A DNA stretch of 64,000 bases from Pseudobdellovibrionaceae bacterium (GCA_039810425.1 JBDHWW010000003.1:1-64000); one strand, 5' to 3'; positions 27,294-37,401 are shown, counted from the first letter of the stretch. The notes: generated by a model from the sequence alone, not told the origin. Numbers and translations: made by a program.

Positions 27294-28591
27294 TGAGTTG
27301 TCGCCTCGGCCTGCTTCGTAAGAGCTTCGGGCTGAGGCAGAGGGCGCTTTGTCTGGTAAATATGTAAAGCTAAGTAGCCAAATACCAGCCAGTAAAACCG
27401 GTCGGCCATTCCGCCGAGTGATAAGTGCCAGTGATAAATAATCAGAATCGGAATCTGCACCGCCGCGTAGATTCCAAAGATGTGCATGACCGAGTTCTCG
27501 GACATCAAAACCTTGACCGACATCGCCACCAGTAACAGTAAAAATATCCCCGTCCAAACAATAAAGGGCCAACCACCGACGACACCGGCAGAGGCAAAAA
27601 TATTGTGCGGATCTTTGAATGAGTTGTAGCTTTCAACATTGAGATCGTCTTTACCCGAGAATTTCGACAGCAAGCCCTGCCCGATCCATGGACTCGTTTG
27701 GAAGTACTCCCAGCCGCGTTCGACCTCTTCCATGCGGCTAGCGACACCGTCTTGAGCTTCGCGATCGACGAGGCCTTTTTTGCCGGTGGCAATGTCACTC
27801 GCATATTCGGCCATCTGCGCACCAAAAAGCACCAAAGTGACAGTCATAATGAGTGCGGCTGAAAACTTAAAGAAGCGAAAGCCCGCGTGCTTCGTCGGAA
27901 CTCTTAAAAGCCATAAAACCCACGCCATCATCACAGCCGCTAACGCCGAACGAGTTCCCGTGAGGACCAATGCCACAACGCTGAGGAGAATGCCAATGAT
28001 CCACAATACTCTGACCCAAGACCTTTTTGTCTGTTGCAAACACGCCAGTGGAAAGACAGCTCCGACCGTCGCGCAGGTCACCATGTAAGGAATGTGCTTA
28101 AAGATGCCGATAAAGCGGCCGCCTTTGAAAGTCAGATCCGGGCGTACCGCAAGCAGCACCAATGAGAGAACAACGAAGATCACCGAACAGAAACTGAGGA
28201 ATCGTATTGCTTTCTTAGGATCCAGCATCGCGGGCAAGAAAACTCCAAACAAAACAACGATCCAGTACGTAGACGCCAGCGCTGCCCACCCATAGAGACC
28301 CTTATGGTTATCCATAAAGATAAATTGCAGAAGCGTTTCTAAAAAGAGCGTCAGCAGAAGCACAATCACAAGCGAGCGATAGACTTTGCCGAGTTTATTC
28401 AAACGGTCATGATGATGAAGAGTGTAGAAAACTAACGGCAGCCCCAGCAGAAAACTCAGAATGATGTTCATATACGGATGCAAACCGTGCTGAAAGATGA
28501 TGACAGAGACCTGCGAAGGAATCCCCATCCACGTCAGCGACAGTTTCGAGACGAACACCAAAAAGAGGAGTGCCAGAGCCCAGAAAGCCAT
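27290..28591 (-). CDS. O-antigen ligase/Wzy family membrane protein
   Basis: Multi-TM; GRFIGIF.H, LTGTRSAL, SPWIGQG, PHNIF. Confidence 0.85.
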   Translation of the reverse strand: MAFWALALLFLVFVSKLSLTWMGIPSQVSVIIFQHGLHPYMNIILSFLLGLPLVFYTLHHHDRLNKLGKVYRSLVIVLLLTLFLETLLQFIFMDNHKGLYGWAALASTYWIVVLFGVFLPAMLDPKKAIRFLSFCSVIFVVLSLVLLAVRPDLTFKGGRFIGIFKHIPYMVTCATVGAVFPLACLQQTKRSWVRVLWIIGILLSVVALVLTGTRSALAAVMMAWVLWLLRVPTKHAGFRFFKFSAALIMTVTLVLFGAQMAEYASDIATGKKGLVDREAQDGVASRMEEVERGWEYFQTSPWIGQGLLSKFSGKDDLNVESYNSFKDPHNIFASAGVVGGWPFIVWTGIFLLLLVAMSVKVLMSENSVMHIFGIYAAVQIPILIIYHWHLSLGGMADRFYWLVFGYLALHIYQTKRPLPQPEALTKQAEATTH

Positions 28592-29157
28592 TACTGTTTT
28601 TCGTTGCTGTATTTACTAATGAGAAGCCCCGTCAGGGCAATACTCATCACCACCGACACCAGTGTGATCGCTTTGCTGGCCTCGGGACTCACAAGCATTT
28701 CCCTTGGCGGAACGTAAATCAAATCTTCATGGTTCATTTTTAAGATATCGCCGCCCCCTTGTTTGATAAGTTCTTGGACATCGACCTCATAAGTCCCCCG
28801 ATGCTCATCCACGGCTTTGGAGTGAACGCCGGACCACCTCTCCGGCTCTTGTTTGCGAACCAAGACGTCAGAGATATCGCCCCCGTTCGTACTGCCGCCC
28901 GCAAGAGTCAGAACCTTCAATAGATCCGTGTTACTCGGCACATAGTAGACCCCGGGTTTTTGAACAGCGCCAAGTAACTGGACCGAGATCAAGGACTCTT
29001 TCGGCGAAGAGCGATACATATATTCCGACGCTTGCGCTGGCGTTTTAATATCGCCAATCGCGCCCAAATCCATCGTCGACGCCGCCGTAGAGACAGACGT
29101 CCAAAAAGTTAAGAAAACCATCAGGAATTTCAACAGCTTCTTCGCCACTATATTCAC
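28591..29157 (-). CDS. SLBB-domain polysaccharide export-related protein
   Basis: VQLLGAVQKPGVY..LLKVLTLAGG..DLIYVP. Confidence 0.8.
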   Translation of the reverse strand: MNIVAKKLLKFLMVFLTFWTSVSTAASTMDLGAIGDIKTPAQASEYMYRSSPKESLISVQLLGAVQKPGVYYVPSNTDLLKVLTLAGGSTNGGDISDVLVRKQEPERWSGVHSKAVDEHRGTYEVDVQELIKQGGGDILKMNHEDLIYVPPREMLVSPEASKAITLVSVVMSIALTGLLISKYSNEKQ

Positions 29158-29243
29158 GGTAAAATCCTCCCCGTTGCTCTTTCCTAGACCTGTTGGGATA
29201 CAAATATAATTGCCCGGACCTTCGCCGAGAAGTGAAGATTTAG

Positions 29244-30296
29244 GTGACGGATTCTAGCCCTCCGTTTAGCCTTATACCTATGACGAGTCCAGTACCAGAG
29301 CACGAAAAATTATTCGACGAAATCAGTAACAAACTCAATGAGCTCAGCCAGCGCTATCAGGATGGCCCTACAGCCGAAGAAGCACCGTCTCAACAGCAGA
29401 GATTGGAGCGGATGCAGGATCAGTTGAAGAAATTCAGAACTGATATGCAGGGCAACAATAATGAGATGATTGAGAAGATTAAAAGTCTTGAAAATGTGAA
29501 TTTTTCGCAAAACGAGATCACGGGGCAGCTGCGCCAAATCACGGAGCAACTGAACCATGAGCGCATGACGAACTCCAAACTCAGCGCAGACTTGGCAAAA
29601 TCCTTGGAACTCTGCTTGCAACTACAGCTTGAGATCCAAGGTTTAAAGGCCCGTTCAATGGCGATCCAAACTGAAGACAAAAAATTCTCAAACTCACTCA
29701 TCGAAAAAAACCGCGTTCTGCAGCGTGAGCTGGACCTCTCGCAAGCACTCAAAGGCGAAATGGCGATGGAAATGGCTAAAGCCAAGAGCGCGATGCAAAG
29801 AGAGCAACAAACTTGGGTTGAGACGAGCCAAGGCTTGCAAAGTCAAATCGCGGAACTGAATAAAGAAAAAGCGGAGATGCTGGCCTCCATTGAAGAACTC
29901 AATGGCATGATGGATGAGAAAGATCTGCAGATCGCTAACTTGAGCATGGATATCGAAAAAATCTCCACCTCCTTCAACGAAGTAGAATCTTCAGCAGTTC
30001 AACAAAGTGATGTTCTTAAAAACCTGATGGCCGTTGCTGAAACGAAGATCGTAGAAATGAAACTCGCTTTGGACAAAAAGCATAGCGAAGCCGCGGACTA
30101 CTACAGCCACTTGCAAAAGGCGCTGGCTCAAGTGAATGTTCTGGCTCAGGAGAACATGACTTTGAAAGACTATGTGAATAAGCTGAATTACTACCATCAG
30201 CAGACACAAGCCGTGCAACAGGCTCAAGCGCAGTTGCAACAGCAAGCCCAGCAAATGCAGCAACCGCCGCCTCAACAGCAGCTAAGCAGCCAGTAG
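29244..30296 (+). CDS. Long coiled-coil protein with poly-Q tail
   Basis: Heptad-rich 350-aa ORF; start may be 29280. Confidence 0.8.
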   Translation: MTDSSPPFSLIPMTSPVPEHEKLFDEISNKLNELSQRYQDGPTAEEAPSQQQRLERMQDQLKKFRTDMQGNNNEMIEKIKSLENVNFSQNEITGQLRQITEQLNHERMTNSKLSADLAKSLELCLQLQLEIQGLKARSMAIQTEDKKFSNSLIEKNRVLQRELDLSQALKGEMAMEMAKAKSAMQREQQTWVETSQGLQSQIAELNKEKAEMLASIEELNGMMDEKDLQIANLSMDIEKISTSFNEVESSAVQQSDVLKNLMAVAETKIVEMKLALDKKHSEAADYYSHLQKALAQVNVLAQENMTLKDYVNKLNYYHQQTQAVQQAQAQLQQQAQQMQQPPPQQQLSSQ

Positions 30297-30486
30297 CAAA
30301 ACCAGCACCAGCAGCACTTTAGTAAATCTTTGAATACCGAAAAGAAATTACCTTGGTTCTTTTCCTAGAGTGCGTTTCAGCTCCACTTTGGAACCGGGCT
30401 GACGGAAATCAGACATTTATTTCTGTTTACAAACCCGCGAGCGGTGTGAGAGTATGAGCTTAGTTCTATTGAAAGGAGGCTGCGAT

Positions 30487-30567
30487 ATGATTACACACAT
30501 TGACTACTCGACTACAGAATCCGGGATGAATTCTCAACTCCCCGTGGCCTTCCGAGTCGTCCGTTAG
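30487..30567 (+). CDS. 26-aa small ORF not in the ORF track, MITHIDYSTTESGMNSQLPVAFRVVR
   Basis: AAAGGAGG SD 7 nt before ATG within a ~480-bp intergenic region. Confidence 0.55.
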   Translation: MITHIDYSTTESGMNSQLPVAFRVVR

Positions 30568-30748
30568 GTTTTATCACTATCAGTTCAACCACATTTTAAT
30601 ACTTAAATAAAACTTTCAGAGCGGTCTGTTAACTACCGACCGTCCGGAATTTTAATTCAACTCTCGTCTGGAGTTTGCTTTATCGGCCATAAAGCGCTTT
30701 GGCGATGCTAACTTGACAGCGATTAGCCTTCAAGCTGATTGCAACGAC
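30568..30748 (+). ncRNA. Candidate structured RNA (series of hairpins) downstream of the small ORF
   Basis: Stems GTTTTAT/ATAAAAC, CGGTC/GACCG, AACTC/GAGTT, GCCATAAAG/CTTTGGC, GCTAA/TTAGC; no ORF. Confidence 0.35.
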
Positions 30749-30780
30749 GGGGCGGAGTCGCACAACTCCGCCCCTTTATA
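30749..30780 (+). terminator. Intrinsic terminator
   Basis: GGGGCGGAGT-N6-ACTCCGCCCC followed by TTTATA. Confidence 0.8.
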
Positions 30781-32607
30781 TTATTCAGAGAGATGAGACA
30801 GGAACTTTTCCGCGCGCGCGTGGATTTGATCTTGCTCCGCTTTGAGCTCTGGCGTGAACTTGAGCAGTTTTTCATATACTTCAAGATTCATGAACGGCGC
30901 TTGGATAGATGCCACCGAAACCGGACGAGGCTGAATCGGCGCTTGCTCCACTTCATCAAGGAGAACTTTTAAGCTATCCAAGTACAATCGATGCTCGCGT
31001 GCAATAAAATCCAAAGGCACCCGCGATGATGGGAGTTTTAATTCCAAGCCGCTGCCAATCGGCGTGACCTGCATATCCGGCATATTGAAAATGTTTAAAT
31101 CCCCGGGATACATCGCAAAAATTCGATAGCCCTTCGCCAGGGCACGGGCAAAAATATCCAGCATAATCGATTCGCGGGGTTTGCCGGCAAACAGATACGA
31201 CGGCTCGAGCAGGTGCTGCACCAAGCGCAACTCAGATTTACCTTGGAACTGGCCGGTAATGACCGTGGCGATGCTAAAAAAGTAACAGCGGTAATTCGTT
31301 TGGAACTCATTGTAATACCTGCCGCCAAAATGAAATGGATCCGACAAGCCAAATACCAGGCAGCGGTTATATTGCGGATCGACCTCCGTATCCGGCTGAG
31401 GCCCCATCGTGCGCTCAATCACGCGGTAAGTTTGCGCGATCTGAAAGTCCATCGTCGAATAGTGGCGATAGTTCAATCGGGTCAGCGAATAACTACCAGC
31501 CACCAGGGCCATGACGGCCGCTAGGACGTATACTTTCGTATCGCGCTTCTGGCTGAGTTTTTCGACGCCGAAAATCAGCGGATAAATTAACAGAAAGCCT
31601 GGAAACGTCAGGTAGCGAACGAAGGCATTTTTACCCTCGAGGCTCTCTACCGGAAAATTCGCCATAAGACAGAATGCCGCTACAAAAACCACTAACGTTA
31701 CCACAGATAAAACTGCTGTGGCCGACACTGGCTTACGTGCCCGCCAGAAAAATGGAATCGCCACCAAGCCCGCCAGCAGGCCGACCCCAAATGTGCTTTT
31801 AAAGAGCCCTTCGGCGATGAGTATAAAAATCTCCCAGGCCGGGACCCCATCGGCGGTTCCCGTCATTTGGAAAGTTCCATAGCCTTTGCGCAAAACCACG
31901 AACAATAAATCCTGCAAAGTGTTCACAGAGTAATAAGTATATGCCGGATCATGCGACGTCGCGATGAAGTAGTAAGCCATGGGTAAAAGGCCGAGCGCAA
32001 ACCCCGCAGCAAACAAAGAAAAGCCCTTAACCCAACGGCCTTTCATAAAGCCGCGGATCAACAAACAGCCCGACGCCGGAACCATCAAAGCCATCAAGTG
32101 ATGATGGCAAAGGCCCAAACCGTACACCAAACCGATCATAAAAACATATTGAAGCTCGTGCTTCTCGTCAAAGCACTGATGAAAATAAATCAACGCCGCG
32201 ACTAGAGTGAGGTTCAAAGTGAATACTTCTGGGATTAGAATGTATTGTTGAACTATTCCCTGCGCGAGGAAAATGAGAACTGCCACAAGCGCCGCATTTT
32301 TATTCGCCGCTAATGTCTTAAATAAAAAAAAGCAGGCGGCCCACGCGGCCAGAATATTCACCCAAAACTGGGCATCAAACGGGTTCTGGGTGAAAATAAA
32401 TAAGAGCTTTCCCAAAAGAACATACAGCGGATATCCCGGGGCATGCGGGATTCCCCAGCCTTGGATCGCTGTCGCAAAATCACTGGCATCAAAAAAAGAA
32501 AGCCCCTCGTGTCTTAAGTAAAAACTGACGAGAGTAAAAAGCAGAAAAACAAACTGACTGGCTAAGAACTGCTGGTTAAGGCTCGCCGCCTTTTTCAAGT
32601 ATGTCAT
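30781..32607 (-). CDS. DUF2723 (TMEM260-like) GT-C glycosyltransferase
   Basis: DASDF..GIPHAPGYPLY.LLGKLF, EVFTLN, GLGLCHH. Confidence 0.85.
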   Translation of the reverse strand: MTYLKKAASLNQQFLASQFVFLLFTLVSFYLRHEGLSFFDASDFATAIQGWGIPHAPGYPLYVLLGKLLFIFTQNPFDAQFWVNILAAWAACFFLFKTLAANKNAALVAVLIFLAQGIVQQYILIPEVFTLNLTLVAALIYFHQCFDEKHELQYVFMIGLVYGLGLCHHHLMALMVPASGCLLIRGFMKGRWVKGFSLFAAGFALGLLPMAYYFIATSHDPAYTYYSVNTLQDLLFVVLRKGYGTFQMTGTADGVPAWEIFILIAEGLFKSTFGVGLLAGLVAIPFFWRARKPVSATAVLSVVTLVVFVAAFCLMANFPVESLEGKNAFVRYLTFPGFLLIYPLIFGVEKLSQKRDTKVYVLAAVMALVAGSYSLTRLNYRHYSTMDFQIAQTYRVIERTMGPQPDTEVDPQYNRCLVFGLSDPFHFGGRYYNEFQTNYRCYFFSIATVITGQFQGKSELRLVQHLLEPSYLFAGKPRESIMLDIFARALAKGYRIFAMYPGDLNIFNMPDMQVTPIGSGLELKLPSSRVPLDFIAREHRLYLDSLKVLLDEVEQAPIQPRPVSVASIQAPFMNLEVYEKLLKFTPELKAEQDQIHARAEKFLSHLSE

Positions 32608-32645
32608 ATAAAGTCTTTCAGCCCGTCCAAATGTTCCAACGCCCG

Positions 32646-33956
32646 CTATTCCACGAAGTGCGTGAACATCTTTAGATAAAATCCTTCTGGGAATTGCAAG
32701 ATCGTCGGATGGTCCGCCGCGTGCCCACCACGAGTGAGGTTGCGGCCTTGCCAGTTATTACGCTGAATAGCTTTACGAATCGCCTCTTTAAAATCCTCTT
32801 CTTCAAGAAGTCCGGAACAAGAACACGACACCACAAAACGCTGCGCTTTAATCATACGGAAGGCTTGAGTGTTCAATTTTAAGTAAGCATGGCGCCCCGT
32901 GGGAATATCCTTCTTCGCTTTGATAAACGCCGGCGGATCCGCGATAATGATATCAAAGCTGCGGCTTTCAAACTTATCAAGACCTTCCAACACATCCACT
33001 TTATGGGCTGTGACTTGAGCACCTTCGCGTTCCGCATTCAACTTGGCAAATGCCAAGGCGGATTCAGACACATCACCGAGGTGCACTTCCACCTCAAAAT
33101 CCTGAGTCTTCAGCGCCCGCGAGATCTGTGTCGCCCAGTGACCGGCGTAGCAGCAAAGGTCCAAAATGCGGATCGGCTTTGCTTTCAATTCTGGATGCGC
33201 CTTCGCCCAGTTTTTAAAAAGCTGAACAGCTTGAAAAATATTTTGTGTCTGATCCAAGAAGAAGCCGGTTTTCTGACCCTCGGCAAGATCGCACTGCATG
33301 CGAATCACGCCTTCGTCACTCGCGGAATTCAAAAGAATATCCACTTTCGTGAGATCCATAGCCGGAATTCCTTTAATCGTTTTCGGAGCTTGAATCTCCA
33401 GACCTTCAAGCTTTCGCACGTTCACATCATTACGCAAAACCACGGCCGTTTCATCCCAACCCAGTGTTGTCAGATTCTGTTTCCGCGCCTCCTCTACGAG
33501 GAGCTTAAAAAAGCCCACCGCGTCTTGCAGGGCCTTATCCAAACCCGCCGTCACCAATTGAGACGCGAAGACTTGGCCATTCTTGCCGTTTTGCTCGACG
33601 AGGTAATAATCTAAAACCAATCCCGGCAGGAAATCGGCTTCACCAAAGCACAGACGGAAGCTGCCACGAAAACCCGCGTTCTTGCGAACCTGCCAGGCTT
33701 GCGTGAGTTTCTTAATCAGCGCCGGAAAGCCCAGCGGTTCGCGTTCTTCGGCGTTGAAGCTCACGGCGCGGAATGAAATCAAAGAATGTGGATTGCCATA
33801 ACCCCGCGCCAGAAAACCGCCCTTGCAATCTTGAAGCTCGACGAATGAACCCAGGCCAATCCCCTTTGGGCTGCTGGAGAGTTCATTAGAGAAAACCCAC
33901 GGGTGGCCGCCGCGAATGCGCTTGTCAGCGCCCTGACGTAATTTCCAGATCACCAT
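32646..33956 (-). CDS. RlmI-like class I SAM-dependent rRNA methyltransferase
   Basis: GHPWVFSNE, GQKTGFFLDQ, FDIIIADPPAF, SCSCS, DHP..PEGFYLK. Confidence 0.9.
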   Translation of the reverse strand: MVIWKLRQGADKRIRGGHPWVFSNELSSSPKGIGLGSFVELQDCKGGFLARGYGNPHSLISFRAVSFNAEEREPLGFPALIKKLTQAWQVRKNAGFRGSFRLCFGEADFLPGLVLDYYLVEQNGKNGQVFASQLVTAGLDKALQDAVGFFKLLVEEARKQNLTTLGWDETAVVLRNDVNVRKLEGLEIQAPKTIKGIPAMDLTKVDILLNSASDEGVIRMQCDLAEGQKTGFFLDQTQNIFQAVQLFKNWAKAHPELKAKPIRILDLCCYAGHWATQISRALKTQDFEVEVHLGDVSESALAFAKLNAEREGAQVTAHKVDVLEGLDKFESRSFDIIIADPPAFIKAKKDIPTGRHAYLKLNTQAFRMIKAQRFVVSCSCSGLLEEEDFKEAIRKAIQRNNWQGRNLTRGGHAADHPTILQFPEGFYLKMFTHFVE

Positions 33957-35044
33957 GACTCAACCTCTTTAACTGCAAATACCAACAACGTGGTTTTCTC
34001 TTTAGCGGAAAAATTATTATCACTCATGACCAGCAAACTCTTCCGTCCATCCGGCAGAACCGGCCCCCAGGCCAGGGCCTCAAAGTTTTCCAACGTCTGA
34101 TTTTTAAATAGTTCTTCAAAGTCGATGAGCTTTGTCTTCTTCATTGCCGTGGATTTACCATCCGCTAAGCTCTGCACGGCAGAAACTTCTTTGGCGCCTG
34201 AGGTTTCTGCCAAGTACAGACCACCGGAGTAGGCGATCCCCTTCTTGGTTAGGCGAACTCCACGCTCAAGAACGATAAACTTTCCTTCGCTGACGTATAG
34301 AATCTCGGAAATGCCGCGAAAGATCTCCGCACCCATGGGGCTCTTCGGCATCCGAGTCATCATATAAGGATACTCCGCCGATGCTTTGAAGCTGTCGTTG
34401 TCTTTTTTGAATTCCACCAGGCGCAACCAGAAGTGTAAATCGTCATCGCTTTGATCTGCGATAATTGGATACTCGTTCATGATGTAAAGACTCTGGCCAT
34501 TTGGGCTTGCCGTCATGCCTTCAAAGCCGTGGTTGTTCTCGATGCCTTTTTTCTGAAGCCCGGTGGGCTCCGGTAAAAACTTGTCCGGCAACGGAATCTC
34601 GGATTTATAGACTCCTGTTGCCGAAGTCACAAAGATGTGCGGCATCGCGCGGGGCTTTTTATTGTTATCACCTTCAGTGCTGATACCAAGATCACCCTTC
34701 GGCAGGCTGACGATGGCTTCATCGTCAAGCACCCAGTTCTTTGGTGTTTCTTTCAAGTGCCGTGCCTTCGTCACTCTGAGATCCACTTTGCCCACACTGA
34801 TTTTCATATCGAGTTCGTAAAAGCGGGGCGGACCGAATTTGCCACGATCATCGCTCACGGCGGTGAGAGCGCTACCGTCCCAGAACATTCCGGACAGTCC
34901 GCCGACAACTTCTCTGTCGAGCATCAATTTGGGTGCGAGGCTTGTTTGGGCATAGAGTTCAACCTGCAAGCTCTTGGCATTCGCCAGAGGGGCTTGGGCC
35001 AAGGCCGCCACGAATAGCAGAATTCTTAAAACTAGCTGCGCCAT
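33950..35044 (-). CDS. Esterase-like activity of phytase family protein
   Basis: GGLSG..VSDD, N.GFEGM, LER, NFEALAWGP..LLVMSDNNF. Confidence 0.85.
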   Translation of the reverse strand: MAQLVLRILLFVAALAQAPLANAKSLQVELYAQTSLAPKLMLDREVVGGLSGMFWDGSALTAVSDDRGKFGPPRFYELDMKISVGKVDLRVTKARHLKETPKNWVLDDEAIVSLPKGDLGISTEGDNNKKPRAMPHIFVTSATGVYKSEIPLPDKFLPEPTGLQKKGIENNHGFEGMTASPNGQSLYIMNEYPIIADQSDDDLHFWLRLVEFKKDNDSFKASAEYPYMMTRMPKSPMGAEIFRGISEILYVSEGKFIVLERGVRLTKKGIAYSGGLYLAETSGAKEVSAVQSLADGKSTAMKKTKLIDFEELFKNQTLENFEALAWGPVLPDGRKSLLVMSDNNFSAKEKTTLLVFAVKEVESW

Positions 35045-36072
35045 CTCAGGTCGGTCTCTTTCACCGGGTTGTGGAAATCCCGTTTTTCTTCCAGATGTTT
35101 TTCCCATTCCGTTTTTAAGGCATAGTACCACTTAGCCTGAGAGTCCGCATCTTTGATCAACATCAGGCTAGGATCATACCTGAGGCCGTCTTGTTGCTTG
35201 GAAACCGCATCCATATCCTGGTGCAAGAAAACCTTTGTAAATTTGTGAATGGCTGGCTTAATCAGACTCAGCCAGGGAATGTCCCAATAAGCCATCTGGT
35301 GAATCACGGTTTCTTTCTCATTCACCGGGGTCAGAGCCGTATAAGAATAGAAACTGCGCTCACCGACCTGAACGTGTTCTACCCGCACGCAGGGAAGACT
35401 GAAAGTGATTTCCGTCGTCGGCACGCCGCCGAGAATTTTATAAGCTTTCGAGTTTGAGGACGGCTGATGGCGCACCATCTGAAAACCATGTTCCACCGGC
35501 GCGAATTTTTTACGTTTTTCATGCATGGTTTTTTCTGAGCGCCAAAACCAGCTCTTATGAACATAAGGACCATGCGCCGGATCCATCAAACCGATCACCG
35601 CATGATCGATGTGGCATGGAAAAATACATTTTTCGAGAATCTTCGGCTGCACGTCCGCCGGCAGTCCCTTCATGTACGGAGGCTCTGGGGCCTGGGAAAT
35701 ATCAAAGTTCTTGTCACCTACGAAAACCCAAATCAGCCCTTGCTGCTCTTTCACCGGATAGTGGCGAACCTTAATTTTTGTGCAATCTAAATCCTGGCCC
35801 TCGCACAAAGACGGGATCTCAGTACAAGTGCCCTCGCCGTTGAACTTCCAACCATGGTATGGACACTCCACTTGGTCTTTCACGACGCGGCCATAGCTCA
35901 AAGGAATGCCCCGATGGGGGCAGATGTCACGAATGCCCGAGATTTTGTTTTGCGAATCACGGAAAAACACAATGGGATCACCCAAGATTACGCGCGACTG
36001 CATTTTGTTTGCTTTTAATTCGCTGCTCGGGAGAGCCACATACCATACGTTACGAAGAAAAGTTTGTTGCAT
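35032..36072 (-). CDS. Rieske non-heme iron oxygenase alpha subunit
   Basis: CPHRG..CPYHGW Rieske ligands; DPAHGPYVH..QD mononuclear Fe site. Confidence 0.9.
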   Translation of the reverse strand: MQQTFLRNVWYVALPSSELKANKMQSRVILGDPIVFFRDSQNKISGIRDICPHRGIPLSYGRVVKDQVECPYHGWKFNGEGTCTEIPSLCEGQDLDCTKIKVRHYPVKEQQGLIWVFVGDKNFDISQAPEPPYMKGLPADVQPKILEKCIFPCHIDHAVIGLMDPAHGPYVHKSWFWRSEKTMHEKRKKFAPVEHGFQMVRHQPSSNSKAYKILGGVPTTEITFSLPCVRVEHVQVGERSFYSYTALTPVNEKETVIHQMAYWDIPWLSLIKPAIHKFTKVFLHQDMDAVSKQQDGLRYDPSLMLIKDADSQAKWYYALKTEWEKHLEEKRDFHNPVKETDLRWRS

Positions 36073-36084
36073 TGAAAACCCTCC

Positions 36085-36945
36085 CTATGAGCGACGAAGG
36101 CCCGCACGAACCTCGGCGAGGAAAACAGTATTTTCTAAAAGAGAAGTAATGGTCATCGGGCCCACACCACCCGGCACCGGAGTAATTGCTGAAACGATAT
36201 CCGCAAGCTCTTCAAAACGCACGTCCCCACAGAGTTCTCCTCCGCCCGTGCCGTGCATGCCGACATCCACCACCACGGAACCTTGCTTGAAATCCTCGCG
36301 GCCCAAGAAGCGTTTTTGCCCTGCTGCTACAACGACGATATCTGCACGCGAAGTGTAGTCACGTACGCTACGGGTTTTTGAATGGCAGATCGTCACCGTC
36401 GCATTGGCTTCATTCAGAAGCATCGCCATCGGTTTGCCAACGATTTGACTGCGGCCGACAACAACTGCGTTCATCCCTCCAACGTCGACTTTGTAATGTT
36501 CAAGAATGTTCATGATTCCCATCGGAGTGCAGGGCTTCACAAACGGGCTCCCCAGGGCTAAGTAACCGGCATTCACATAAGTCAGACCATCGGCATCTTT
36601 CTCAGCCATGATGTTACGAAGAACCGGCTCGAGCCGAAGCTGTCTCGGAAGTGGCAACTGCACAAGGATGCCGTCGACTTTGGAATCCAAATTCAATCTC
36701 TCGATCCACTGATTGAGATCGTCCTGGGTCGCCGCCGCGGGTAGGGTGTAAATTGATGAATCCAATCCTGTCTTCTGACAAGCCCGGTGCTTACTTCGCA
36801 CATACACCTGGCTTGCGGGATCTTCTCCGACAAGAACAACTGAGAGCTGTGGCGCTCGGCCCGTAGCTCTCTTAAAGTTTTCAATTCTTGGTTTTAAAGC
36901 CTCTCTGCGGACCGCAGCGACGTTTTTTCCATCCAAGAGGATCAT
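36085..36945 (-). CDS. folD: Methylenetetrahydrofolate dehydrogenase/cyclohydrolase
   Basis: GILVQLPLP, PCTPMG, GRSQIVGKP, TPVPGGVGPMT. Confidence 0.97.
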   Translation of the reverse strand: MILLDGKNVAAVRREALKPRIENFKRATGRAPQLSVVLVGEDPASQVYVRSKHRACQKTGLDSSIYTLPAAATQDDLNQWIERLNLDSKVDGILVQLPLPRQLRLEPVLRNIMAEKDADGLTYVNAGYLALGSPFVKPCTPMGIMNILEHYKVDVGGMNAVVVGRSQIVGKPMAMLLNEANATVTICHSKTRSVRDYTSRADIVVVAAGQKRFLGREDFKQGSVVVDVGMHGTGGGELCGDVRFEELADIVSAITPVPGGVGPMTITSLLENTVFLAEVRAGLRRS

Positions 36946-37113
36946 CGAGTACCACCTTTGATATCTCAATTTGTTCTATTTCACTAAGAAATTCAATAAT
37001 TTATCACAAAAAATTATCGGCTAAATGCTCTGCAACCGGCCATGGGTGCTGTCTTGACCGCAACAGTGCCATAGTTTATTGTACAAATTCTTGAAACCAC
37101 GGAGGAATTTAAA

Positions 37114-37401
37114 ATGGCTGAAAAAGTGAAACTTTCCAAAGATGGAAGTTCGATCGACTTTGTTCAATCTGACAGCATCCCTACGTCCCTAAAAAAGTTC
37201 CGCCAAAGCCCGGAGATCGAAGGGTTCTACCGTTTCGTTTTCGAGAATGATTTGCAAAAAGAATCTTACGAAATCCTCGATCAAATCATTATTGCTCGCA
37301 AGACTAAAAAAGCGACAGCGGCGAAAGAAGCTAAGGCAGCAGCTAAAGAGGCTGAATCCGCCGCGAAAAACGCAAAAAACATCAAAGCTAAAAAGAAATA
37401 G
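37114..37401 (+). CDS. Small protein with Lys/Ala-rich C-terminal tail
   Basis: GGAGG SD, TTGACC-N17-TATTGT promoter, own terminator. Confidence 0.8.
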   Translation: MAEKVKLSKDGSSIDFVQSDSIPTSLKKFRQSPEIEGFYRFVFENDLQKESYEILDQIIIARKTKKATAAKEAKAAAKEAESAAKNAKNIKAKKK

